Positions 38,801 to 51,345 of a DNA stretch of 64,000 nucleotides are shown here, piece by piece. The stretch is from Klebsormidium nitens (lineage: Eukaryota; Plantae; Klebsormidiophyceae): NCBI GenBank assembly GCA_000708835.1, contig DF237445.1, positions 1 through 64,000 of the forward strand. Reading direction: 5' to 3'. The notes below the pieces were generated by a model. That model was not told where the DNA came from. It saw only the letters and a list, made by a program, of their open reading frames with translations, and searched no databases. Numbering within the stretch: the first letter of the stretch is position 1; each line of letters begins with the position of its first letter. The position numbers and the translations under genes are program-made.

Positions 38801-41800
38801 TCGTCCTCATGGATCGGAATCTCGTAATTGTCAATGGATCCAAGAGCATTCATTTCCCTGAAGCATTTTCATGACAAGGTGCATCATCAGTCTAGACGCC
38901 AGACGCGCTAACCTTCCCGCCACGATTCTCTGCATCCCACTGATCCCCACCGAAAAGACAACGGTGTCCGCGTCGAACGTCTCGTCCCCGCACACCACGC
39001 CCGAGACGGCCCCGGTCTGCTCGTTTAGAACCAGGTCTGACACGCGCTTGTTCGCCAGGAACCGTACGCCCTGGTTCTGCATGCGCTCAACCCACGGCCG
39101 GAAGATCTGCTCGCCCACCGTGCCCCGACACCAGACGACGTCGAAGTCGGCCTGCGCGAAGGTTACGAGGCAGTCTGAGTCCAAAGTAACTGTTTCAGGG
39201 CATCAACATTTGCATTTCACAAGGTTCGGTCGTACCGATTCGGGAGACGACATCGAAAGGCTCGAACCTTTGCTGTCAGACAAAAATGATACACTGATTT
39301 TTCCTGTTCAACGTCACATCTGTGCGATCTCACCTCTCCTTGTTGATTCATGAGTCGCGCCCTCCTCAAAAGCTGACGCGTAATGCCAACTTGCGGTCTG
39401 CATCAACCGCTTACCTCTGCCAACTCTGATACAAGCAGCTGATTGAAAAACGTGCAATGCGCTGCTGAGGCGCAAGTCTCCTAATCTGAGCGAAAGCAAA
39501 GAGCTCGCCCGTTTACCTGGTGCGCTAGGATGAAGTAGTAGAGCATGCCGAGCGCCGCGGCCGCGCTGCACTGCTCCCCCGGGGCGAATAGCCCGACCAG
39601 CAGCATCGGGTTGAACGCGTCGGTGTACACACGCTCCGAGCAGCCGTACATCTTGAACAGCTCGCGCGCCGTTACTGCAGACGAAGATATTTGTTCCGAG
39701 AAAAATAGGAAAAGATAGGCTTATGGACGTCTGGAACAAAGCTCGGGGGCCGGCGGAAGCGGGACCACATGAATCTAGGCCTGGACAATCAATGATTAAC
39801 ACGGTGGAGTAGACCTGCTTCAAGATATATGCACCTTTGATCTGGATCGGTGTGCGCTCGCCTGAGCCGACGGAGAGCCGACGGGACGGTCGAACGAATC
39901 AGTTCGGCCGACGTTTCGGCCAGCTTTTGTCCTCGTAGCTGCCTTGGTCGCCTGGTGAAAGCTTGCGAGAGATGAAAGTCGATGCAAGAGTGCCTCCGGT
40001 CCATGACGACTAAAAGGTTTCCGTGAGAATATTGACTTCACTCTCAATCGACGTCCTCTCCTGTACCCTGCAACACGTCCAAGCACAGCATGCTAGACAC
40101 AACAAATCCTTTTGTATATATTACTGACTGAGCATACGCCCCCCGCACTCACGTTTGTCGTACTTGCTCCACGCCTCGTCGCTGTTATCAAAGTCCACCA
40201 CCGCATACATCAGCGGGAGCGCCGTCAGCCTATCCGCGAGCGGCAGCCTTTGGAACTGCGTCCAGACGAAGGTGCCCAGGGGACTCGGCAACCGCGGCAT
40301 CTCCTGAAAGATGGGCGACTCGACTTCTAAGCCGAAGGGGCTGTACTGGGAAGATTTGGTCCAGTCGGTGAAGGGGCGCAGGCCGAGCTCGTCCGTCAGC
40401 GCGAAGATGTTGCGGTAGGGGTACCAGAAACCTGGGCGGAAGGGGTGGGGTTTCGGGAGAAGATAGTTTAGGGGACACACGAAGCCTGGGCGGAAAGTGG
40501 GAAACTTGGGCGGGTAGCAGATACTGTAAGCGTGAGCGAGAGGGGAGTGGATCTTTGTATGAGAAGCGGAAGGGGAGGGTTAAACTACAACAACTTGGGA
40601 GTGGGGGAGCAAATCAGAGGTGGCTTCGCTTTGGGCATGGGGTCTCAAAAAGCTGGGCGGGAGGGGATGCGGTCGGGCACTGAATTGGAAGATAAGCAAT
40701 AGTCTGTAACTGGAATCCTCTTTGAAGAGGAGAGAAAGTCAGAGGTGGAAATAGTGGTAGCTTACGTGCATCGGAGCACGTTCTGACCTTCCTGTCTCTT
40801 GGATCCTCGTCTGTCCGAACTTTCTGTTCCGATTCTCCTTTGAAGATCGATCACTCGAAAACTCCGGAATTAGTGCAGCTTTATGCAAGGCATCGTAGGC
40901 TCTCTTCAACTTGCCCGTTCTCTTGATAGAATGTACGCTTCGTTTTGGGTTTCCTTTTGTTCTTCATCTCGTTCCAAGCTCGTTAAACTTTACAAATCAA
41001 CGAGGTCATACTTACCGTCAGGGCTCCTGCCGTCAGCCCAAGCCCGACTGAGAATGGCATTTAAGTAGTTCTTAGATCTCTTGAAAAAAAGACCCACCGC
41101 CCTGAATTTTAATCTTTCTTACTTGTCGTTCTTTCTCCCATTCGTTCCTCCCTTTCCCTCAACCCTTCCCTTCTTCTTCGTTTCTTTCATTCAACAAAAT
41201 CAAGCTCCTGATCCGTCCGCCCACGGCTATTTGTGAAAAGTAAGTCTGGCGCGAACTCGAAACCAAACCCATGGAAGGATAGAGTTCTGTCCAAAAGTAA
41301 GGACTTAAAGCGCAAACTCGAATACTGCAAACCTCACTGCAAACCTCAACAAACTGGAATGTGGCCCCGGGCAGGACAACACAAACTTCAGGTTGACACC
41401 ACTTAACGGCTCACCATGTATCCCCACCTCAACGGAGCGGCCAGCGTCAGTCTTCCAGCCCGCCACTAGGCCCCCTGGCTGAGGCCCGGCCTCAAGCAAA
41501 GTGACATCAAAGCCCTGCAAAATGAAGACGTATCCTCGATAACTCTTTCCAGAGATGGGCAGGCTTCAAACACCGAAGCAGACCTCCAAGTTTAGTTCTG
41601 TGTTCCTCGTAAAACTGGCGGACAACTTTTTACGAATATGTCCGCAAGGAGTCCCTTGACACACTCCATCACTTCCAAAAGGAGCCCAGGTCCAACCCAA
41701 GACTCATATGGTGTGCGCTTTCTTGGCTTCTTGAGATATCAAATTCTCCCCTGAAAGATGTTCATTCCATGGTCCACATACTGTGATTTGAACAGCAAGT

Positions 41801-42612
41801 TGATCTTTAGAGCCCCTCATCAAATAACATCAAAGTCATCAGTTCTTTCATCCCACAATCTGAGCTTTCATTGTCACCGAACACGCAGCATCAATTTCGA
41901 AAGTGGTCATGTTTCAGATGGGGCAAGTGATCTGCTGAGCGCCTGTCCCAGAAAAGACAAGAGCTAGTGAGCCATGCTCTTTGGACCAGAACGTGACCAG
42001 ACTAGAAGACTGAGATAGGACGCTCCATCAAGCCCCAAAGCCTCTGAAGAAAGTAAGACTTTTGCAGAGGCCCTACTCATCCGCTTGACGCATCAGCAAG
42101 TCAAGCATAGAGAAGAACTTCTTTCTTGCCTGTTTGATGAGGTGGTGTGCTGCGCCCAGACCTGCCCACCCTGCCCCTACTACCACCACCTTTTTCTTTT
42201 CCTCACCCCCCCCTTCTTTCGCTGCTTCATGCCCCCCCCCAGAGAAACTCTCCTTCAGCTGCAACGATTTTCCATCACCCACTGGACCTACTTCCAAAGA
42301 GGCGCGTATTGAATGCCGGCCGCCTCTCAATGATTGATTCTTTCTGGGGCTTCTTTCAGTTAGTTGGACAGATGTGCATCCGAACCACTGCAGATCTCCT
42401 GATAAGAAGTTGCATGAAGACACCTGTGCGGACGGGTTTCCTACGTTCCTAGGGCTTCGGAAGCGCTGAGTAGATGGAAGATGGGCGTAGGGTCGATGAT
42501 GTGAGGTGGTGTGGCAAGCAATTGCTCCATTAGACCCAGAAGTCACTTGAGAGGATCGATGCAGGAATCGCACCCCCACAGGATTCCATGCTGGTGCGGC
42601 GACCGCCTGCAT
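35864..42612 (-). CDS. Plastid FAD-dependent oxidoreductase, amine-oxidase / phytoene-desaturase superfamily, about 10 exons
   Basis: Transit peptide; [15 protein letters not shown] (Rossmann fold), [68 protein letters not shown]...[16 protein letters not shown]. Confidence 0.88.
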
Positions 42613-43204
42613 TGTGCAATGCTTTCCAAGAATTATCTCTCAGACAGTATGGTCTGCCGCCCTTCTTTCCACAGTTGGAGAGCGAGAACTTCTTATGCCC
42701 CGCAAATGACAGCGTGGTGAGTGTAGTGGTGAGAGGGCTCCAAAACTTGAAGAGCTTGTGTCTAAACAACGAATGGCAAAACTAAAACCTCAGGAACTTC
42801 ACGTTCGAGTTCAACTTCAAGCAGAGTTTTCCGAAGTCCTGCATTTGCAAATTGCAGTGACGCCCTTGCCTGGCAGAGGCAGTGGAAGTGGCTATGGAGT
42901 TGGCCACGTCGTCCATTTATCCGGACGCCGTCAGAATGTTGGTCCGACTGGTTGAAGGCCGTCCAGTTTTGGTATTTGATTCATGGACCGTCGATCTACC
43001 TCTGTATGGTCCTTCAAAGTTGCCCCTAAATTTTTCTCGGACGTCCTCATTATGAATGTGGTGTAATGCAGCCATTTGCCAGTGCCACTGATGAAGCTGG
43101 TGGCAGATTGGATTGCGCATTCATCCATTCAAGTGGCATTAGAATCGCCTTTGGGGCGTCATTAGGGCTGCAAAGCTGACTCCACAGTTTCAGATCAAGC
43201 CATC

Positions 43205-46200
43205 ATGCAGAGGTAAGAAACTACTCTTTCATTGCAAATGCAGGGAGCTCGGAGAGCAAATGCTTCAGTGGCCCCCTTGTTATGCCTATACACTTTCAAC
43301 ATGCAGAATATCATATCCTTTTTTAATACCATAGAGACTCTTTTCCGTCAAACCAATCATCTGGCATGCCCCACACATATGCATTTGCTGTTGTGTGGTA
43401 GACTTGCTTACACCGCTTTTTCAGCTGAGCCTTTTTACAATCTACATTACAAGTCAGAACTATTGCCACCTTGAGCTGCCGCCGTGAGCTTTGCATCTTG
43501 CAGACGTCGGACATTCAAGCTCCCCTTTCCTTCTTGCATTGTTATGTTGCAAAGCCTTAGTTACTGTAGCTTTGACCCCAACTGCACCCGTGCTCCCAAT
43601 TGCAGAATGTGGGCTTTGTCTTCTTAAATTGAGGAAGTTTCGTCTCACCACTCAATGACACCATCAGGCGCGCGAAACTTGATTGCTTGATTGACAGGAT
43701 TCGGAACTTCACTCTCAAACAACTCAATCTTGTCCGAATTTTTGGCCACAAACTTTGACATGTGGGGTCGGCCGAAAGTTGTGGCTCAAACTTCAAGGGT
43801 TTAAAACTAAAGCTTTGCCGGTAGGACGGGTGCTTGTTTGCAGTAGCTATTTCATTGCAGCTACACCAAATGTATCGGTACATGGCACTCCTCCGATGCA
43901 TCTGCTATGACCAGAATACTTTCGAAAAGCCTGCACGCTTCAATCCAAGCAAAGACTCACTTTGGTTTCCACTCTTCTCATCTCAGATGCCTTGTCTCTT
44001 GTCTTGCAGTTGCACAGTTGTTGGCGCTGCGGCGCCCCAAGTTGCTGCTTGCCTGGGGCAGCACAGACTGGCAAAGTCTGGTGCGCAACACCAGTTCGCT
44101 GCCAAGGTCTGTTCACAACCACTGATCTCTTGCTGCCTTTAAACCCGCAACTCACCCAGCATTTGCTTGACAAGAGAAACGCCCCAAGACAAGTTGTTCA
44201 CTTACTACAAAGAGCATCACTGGTTTACAGTAGCCGGGCAACTCACGTTGATTGCTGATGACGTTCTAGAAGGTGCAAGAGAACTTCTGAGGTTTTGTTC
44301 AATTGCCAAAAGTTGACATTATTCCCTGAACTGCAGATCCACCCCCAATTCTCCAAGTCTGTCTCCAAGCCAAGCAGCACCAGCAAGAGAGCATGTGTTG
44401 TAGCCTCCAGCGATGAAACTACAGGCAAGTTGCAACGCCCTGCAGATCCTCGTGACACTCCATGGACCCAACCCATCCTCCTGAAACTTATCATGTTCCT
44501 CAATCTTGGTGTCGTACATCGATAGGACTCGCTGCATCAAAGGAGTATCCTATTGATTGTCGGGTGTACTTACTGACAATTGACTTTGGCTCTGCCAGCT
44601 GCCCCTTCAACCACAAGAAGGGAGATCCTCCTAGGGGCTGCCACCGCCCTGAGCCTTGCCGCTCTCCCCGCGCAGGCTGCAAGTAAGGTCGCCTCACTCC
44701 CCACCATATACTCTTGGCAACCGATTGTCAAAGTCGTACCTTTGACTCTGGTCTAAAAGCGAAAAACTTCTGAAGCACTCTGTCTCTGACTAGGCGGGGA
44801 GCAGAGCTTTGATCTGTTCTCTTGAATCCTGATATAGGAGCGACCAAGTTATCGACGGCTCTCTCCTGTGTGTGCAGACGCTCCTGCAGGTTTCAAGGTC
44901 TCAGAGGATGCCTCTGAAGGATTCAAATTCCTGTACCCCTTCGGATGGGAGGTGAGCAATCCTCTGCAGCCTCGATCATTCTGCCTGTTTCTGTCATATA
45001 GTTCAAGGTTGTCCAAGCCCTACATAGCGTCCTTTGTCTGAGGAAGCCAGTCGTTCGTGAAGAGACGCTTCGAGCCCTTGAATTGCAGAGGCACCTCGAT
45101 CAGGTCCCAAGTGTTGGGTCACCCCTGTCAGAATTCTCACATCTTGGCACGCTGCCCTGGAGCGAAATCGAATAACTCGGTCATCAAATATCTGGCCAAC
45201 GGAAAAGCGTCGGACTCATGTTGCTGGTTGCTTCCCGTCAATGAACACTTTGAAGCAAGCAAGGCTCAATCTTTGTTTCTCATTTCGCAGGAGGTCTCGG
45301 TTAAGGGGCAGAAGGTTGTGTACAAGGACGTAATCGAGCCCCTGGAGAGTGTCAGCGTGACAGTTATTGGCACCGAGAAGGAAAAGCTGAGCGAGATTGG
45401 GAGCCCACAAGAGGTACGATCCGGTGAATCTGGACCTTTTGTCGCTTGCCTCCAGAAAAGCAAATGACGAAGCGCCATTCTCGTGAACACAGTGTGACGG
45501 CAGACCCAATTCTATGTGGAGACGGTCGAGCAGCGCGATATATCCTTGCAAGACAGTGCAATTGCAAATGGTAGGTTTTCCCACTTGTCACCACACTCAC
45601 GGCATGCTTGGCAATCTGCAGGTCGCCCAAAACCTGATTGATCAGGTGCTAACGTCACCCACTCAAGAGCCCAAGCTCTTGTCTGTGAACGAGGTAGGGT
45701 GTTCTGTTTGCTTCTGGTGCTCGCCGATTTTCGAGTACATCAAGTCTTTTGTGCGAGAGAATCATACAAACTTATCGACATCGCTAGGCATATGAGCTGT
45801 GGATACATGATGCTCTTTTGTTGTTCGCTTCACTTTCAGGTATTTGCTGCCAGGAAAAGCACAGCGCTTACAATCAGTTCTTGTGCACATGCGGCCTCCT
45901 CTTATTTCGCCCGTGAGGATGAACTAATCGTTTACAGAAAGGAGCAGTTTCTAACTAGAGAATCATCCGAAGCCGCTCGAATCAAGCCGCCATTCTAGGT
46001 CTTCTCTTATGCTGGCAGGGCATCATTGCCTTGCTCGCTCAATCCTCCAGAACGGACCAATGGCTTTCGTGATGAGATTTACTTTTTGTCCAATCGCAGA
46101 AAAGCGACGGCAACGGGAAGACGTACTACCAGTTTGAGTACACGGCAAAGTCCCGCAACTTCACGAGGCATGCGTTGACGACCGTAGGCATTTCTAGAGG

Positions 46201-46496
46201 TGAGGATCACTTCGTAACTGTATGTCAACTCTGAATGAGGGACATGAGATGGATTTCACAACCATATACCCAATGGCTTGAGAGCTGCCTCCTGAATAGG
46301 ATGTGGGCATTACATATGGGGATCGTCTCGAACTCATGTGCGCACAACCTTGAACAAGGAAACTTACACGGAAGACTTCTGGTGTGGCCTTGCAGGAAAA
46401 TTCTATACCCTCACAACAGGAGCAAACGAGAGGAGATGGAACAAGGTCAACAACAAGTTGCGCACTGTGGTCGATTCGTTCTCGCTAGCATATTGA
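43205..46496 (+). CDS. PPL1: PsbP-like thylakoid lumen protein (PPL1-like), 8 exons
   Basis: Spliced model MQS|CTVVGAAAP...FAAK|IHPQ...ETT|AAPSTTRREILLG...AQAA (twin-Arg Tat signal)|NAPAGFK...FLYPFGWE|EVSVKGQKVVYKDVIEPLESVSV...|YYQFEYTAKSRNFTRHAL|GKFYTLTTGANERRW...DSF. Stop TGA at 46494-46496. Confidence 0.88.
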
Positions 46497-47972
46497 GCTG
46501 CATGTGTTGCAGCAAGAATCTATTGATCTGCAGAAAGTCTGAAATTTTGTAGAATTTCAAGAGGCGCACCCTATCACAAAGGCCTGCTTTGCCTCGAACC
46601 AGAGCCGTGTTGCCATCGACTGACAGTGTAGGGAACTGAAGAGCCAAGGGTTTGAACCTGATTGCTTGCTAGAATGTCCCTTCTGGGTTGCCTAAGATAA
46701 TATTGCGTGTGCAAATCAATCAAAAGCTGGCAGTACATTCACAGCAACCTTCTCCTCTTCTGTCAACATGAATTGTGGCGGCCCAGGCTACCTCAATGGT
46801 GGGCCTGCAGTTCTGTCCAGTCGATCATTGTCGAAAGCTGCTGTGCATTCAAGGTGCTGTCTGCACACACTGTAAACATTATGAACAACGTGTGATTCGA
46901 GTCTTTGTCAAAGATCTTGGCAAACGATCTCGCCATGTGAATGGACTGTTGCACTATAACTGCAGCTCAGGATGGGTTGTCGCATAACAAATCGCCCTTT
47001 CGTGTGCCAGTTTCGATATGATAGATTGAATTCGCATGATCGGATCACATGATGCATGCACCTAGTTGCCGCACTACTATTACTGCAATTTTAGGAAAGC
47101 CCGCGCTCGGCGCTAACCATGCGTAGCATCATTGCACAGCTGGAGGTGCTTTCACATGCTCTAGTACGACGTACTCAGTTGTACGCCACAGCAAGCACCG
47201 AGAAATCATTGGAGTGGATCAACTCATCAGTGAACGGCTTCCTCTGGTACCTTCTGGGCACCGCCGGCTATATACTGCCAATGTTGCAGTTAATTCGAAT
47301 TTAGATAGATCAAGTTTGGCTGTACGTATAGATAACAAGATAGTGTAGTACCTTCAAGTGACATTCTGAATGGCCTACCTGAAAACTGCAGCGCCGAAAT
47401 TCTAACCTGCTCTGCACGTCGGATTCACCGTTCGATATCCAGTTTGTATCTCCCATAATCCAAAAATTCAAATTGCCCATCGTACATCGACGCTATATAC
47501 TTGGACAATCACTTCGATAGTCACTCTATGCTAACGTCGATGTCATTGTCAGCTTCTGCCACTGTTCCAAAAGTAGCCAAAGCTAAAGTCCCCCAATAAG
47601 TGCAAAAGCAAAGTCGACGCAATCTGCGCAATCCGCAGTCGTTGCTTCGGTAACAGAGGTGAACCACCGACTTGTGCGAATAGCGCTCGCCTGAACCCCC
47701 ATCCGCCGGAACTGCAAAATTGGCACTGGATCGAGCCCAAGTGAGGGTCCGGCTTTCGAGCCCTCGGAACGAAAGCAGGCGCTCCCAAAAGGCGTACATC
47801 AACTGTAGCCCGTTGATACCCGCGAAGTTATCACTTTGCCGGTGATGTGCGCGGGCGTAGTCTGTACATTGGCTCACACGAGATTGAACACGCACTGAGG
47901 CCATGGACTAGGGCGAGAGTCCAAGAGACTCTGCAGGGGGCCGAGAATTCTCATACGTCAACTTGGCTGACG

Positions 47973-48419
47973 TCACGCCTGCAGCTGCAGGATGACCGTC
48001 TCCCCGGTCGCCCCGTCCGAGTCCTCGTACTCTCCCTCGTCCGGGAAAAAGAGATCCACCTCGTCGCTCGACATCGAATTCCAGTCCGCATCAGCGTCCA
48101 AATCAGACGCCGCTGCGTCCGAATCGGCTTCATCAGCGTCCGACGCCGTCCAAAAGCCCCACCGGTGCAGCCGCAGACTCTCCACCAGAACGTTAACCCG
48201 CAAAGACCGCAGTACGGACGCCCGGCAGCCGTCCGATTCGCCGTTTGAGCAGTGATCGGTGGGCGTCCGGGAAACGCCAACGCGTCCGCTGTCTGCGTAC
48301 TCAGGTGTTGGGTTCTCTGAAGGGCGCAAGTTCTCGCCGCCGACGGGAATGAACTTGGTCTGCTCGAGTGCGGAGTTGCCTGGCAAGGAAGAGACGAGGC
48401 GAAATGTTTTGCGAAAATC
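47973..48419 (-). CDS. Probable exon of a hypothetical protein with an acidic tract; full gene model unresolved
   Basis: Open frame after a CAG acceptor with coding-like composition (DADEADSDAAASDLDADAD...PDEGEYEDSD). No family recognised. Confidence 0.35.
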   Translation of the reverse strand, partial: DFRKTFRLVSSLPGNSALEQTKFIPVGGENLRPSENPTPEYADSGRVGVSRTPTDHCSNGESDGCRASVLRSLRVNVLVESLRLHRWGFWTASDADEADSDAAASDLDADADWNSMSSDEVDLFFPDEGEYEDSDGATGETVILQLQA

Positions 48420-50026
48420 CTGACAGTCCATCATGCATACGGGATGGAAGTTGAAAACAACGATAACAACGATCAAGGACAACATCTTGAAGAGGACTTA
48501 GAGACGCAAGCAGTCAAGAAAGCTTTGGATATAGCAAGTGGTCGAAAAGCTTTCGGTCGGACAGAATATGTCAGAGGGGCAAGGACTTTAGAGGGCTTTG
48601 GGAACAAGTCGTAATCAGCTTTCGCTGGCTCAGAAATGCCGAAAAGAAAGCCGCTTGCTTCTCGAAGAAGGCCAACTCCTGAAGTCTCCTAATTTGGGAC
48701 AGAGCATACGACAGCGCGACATGGGTTGACAGCCCAATCGGGCTCTTAACCACAAAATCTGAATACCCTACAATACATTTTTGTGTAGACTTGTGTAGAC
48801 TTAATTTAACAATGCCGAACTTGACTGGATCGTTGGCCTGCGACATGAAGAAGTTGTTACTGCATCGAACAGGCACTCCGTTGTGCTCGAGGACATCAAA
48901 TTCTCACCACTTGCAACAGTTATGCTGTGCGCGTCCGAGTCTCTGCTCTCTGCGGGCTCGTCAGTCTCAACCTGCAAATAAGCCAGCACGTTTCTACTTT
49001 TTGCGGAAACGTGCGGATAAAAAGGAACGCTAAACTTGAAACAAGCTCACTAAGGTTTGTCGTGCGAGCACAGCGTTCTAGGCGCGGAAAAGGTTCTGTC
49101 AGTTCTCGAGACAAGGCACCTCTGAAACGACTTTACGTTCCATCTAGTTCCTTTGCAGGAAGCCCCATAAGGAAAGGTAGTGTCGGCGTTGTCATTGACG
49201 GCTTGTTTAGTTTCCTTGAAGATATCTTTGACCAGGTTTGGGCCACTTTTCAAGAGTGTATTGCCCCCAAACCGTTACAGCTGTTAGAACTCTACAACCG
49301 CCGTTTGCGACGGGCAACGTCTCCACTTCAGAATCATGCCAAGGTGATTACCTGAGAAAGCGATGTAGATTTAACCAGGACCAGGTAACGGAAGGCCGTC
49401 TTACATTTGAGGCTGCCAAGGACGGCGCAACCAAACTCGCAAACGACCGACGGACGGATGCGCCAGAGACATGGAACTTGTGCCGCTGGACTGTGCACAG
49501 TGCCAGAAGCATGAGCCCTAAGACGACCGCATTTCTGCCGGACCCCGCCATCGGCACCCTTGATTGATTCACCAAAACCCCGTACGTATCTGCCCTTGCT
49601 TTTCGAATGCAGATTTCAATCTATGAAGGTCGATTGGCCTTTAATGCTTCTCGGTAGTATGGGCAAGGATTAAGGGCTTGGTAAACGCGGTATTACCCAC
49701 GCAAAAGCACTCCTGAGGCTCTACCTTTTACCTTTTCGAAACAAATTCCAGGTCTGGGGTTCGGTTCTCCCTCAGCTGGCCCGATTCCGCTTGAATCTTG
49801 CTAACGCTAGTGGATTCAATCCATCGTTGCAATGCTACACAAGCACTACGACTACACAGGAAAATGATGGTCCCTATTGGTAGAAGGGCGATATGCCTGC
49901 GTGAAATTCAGTGCGCACATTCTCATGGCGGAGTGAATTGCAGACCAGAGTCTTCCCGCTATCGTGCCCCGTCTTCAAATGCTCGCCCCTGACCGAACTT
50001 AGCTCCCGCTTGCAGGTAATCTGTCT

Positions 50027-50460
50027 TCAATGCTGAGGGGTAAAAGTTTTTGTGTTGCCTTTGTAGTCTGTAGTTCCGCTCAATGCAGCATCAAGCAGTG
50101 GCAACACATCAGTGCGCATGAAGAGGTAAGGGAAGAGTTCTTGCAGCGTAAAGTGGATGTATAACGTAACATGAGTTGCCAATGGGAGCAGGTCTAAGTG
50201 CATGCCCCTAGTGCGCCGGATGGACTCTGTAATCGATCGATAATAAGAGAGCACAAGTATCTGCAGCGTGCAATCATTCTTTCTGATGTTGCCGATCTGT
50301 GGATCAGCGAATGGATAAGGCTAGTCATCATTACGACGTGGAAAAGTGAAAAGCGCACCTGGATTCCTGCCAAGTCGGCTGCTGCCCGCGTTTGAGCAGC
50401 ACGTGGTGAGTCGTCGACCAATGAAAGTCGTATGGCTTTAGAGCACGCGAGTTTCTGGCT
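50027..50460 (-). CDS. Possible spliced hypothetical ORF (two candidate exons)
   Basis: ...RAAQTRAAADLAGIQ|gtgcgc...gcag|ILVLSYYRSITES...TPQH* joins in frame across a canonical intron, but other frames are also possible and no family was recognised. Confidence 0.25.
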
Positions 50461-51345
50461 CAGGAGATTCACTGATCCTATAAATAGCCCTCGTACGTGA
50501 ACATGATTCATAGAGTGACTCACAAGCACATGCATGCAGTCCTACTGTTCAATATTGCTTTAGAAGAATTCTACCAGTTGTTGAGACGTGCCACTCGCCG
50601 CCAGCTTGAGAAAAGTGTCGATCGTTCCCCTTCTTAATATTCCAAAGCTGTTCTAACTCCAAGTTGGCCCAGACTCTTTTGAGCAACTGCCACACTCTTG
50701 ATCACATTTCGCGCGAATGTTTATCGAACGGCTAGAGTTTCATCGAGCTCTTATCTCACGGCCTACAAATACTTGCCACGTTGGGGCCAATATGGCAAGA
50801 GTAGACGACGTACAGTGCTGCAGCCGGAGCCTCAGGGAAGTGCTCGAGCTTGCAAGTTTGCAAGTCGCAGCTGCATGGCGCCAGTTGCTTCGCGCATCCA
50901 AGCATTCAAGCTCAAGTGATGAGGACAAGAGCTTGGAAAACCAGGAATTTTTTTGAATTGCTGATAGCAGTGATATCAAAGGCCCGAATCCTGCAATGCT
51001 GTGGCAAAAGCCGGCGGCGGCAGCTCGGTTACTCCAAATTATGTGAGCATGATAATCTTTTTGCTGAAGCAATGCTGCTCTTAAAAAATCCCTACTCCAA
51101 GCTCTGCAGGCGACCTACAAACACATCACCAGGGTTAGGAGGAAGGTGCAATCTGCCCTTAAAAGCTGCCTGCCGGTTTCTAAACTGCGCCGCACACATC
51201 AGCCATTCTTAGAAGTAAACAGATTGCATAGTCAGTTCCGGTGCTCTTGAAACTTTGCTCAACATGTTTCCAAGGACCAGCTGACAGCGAAGGTGCCCCG
51301 CATTGAGCGCACCAGTCCGCTGAAGGTGCGCTACTGTTACTTTCA

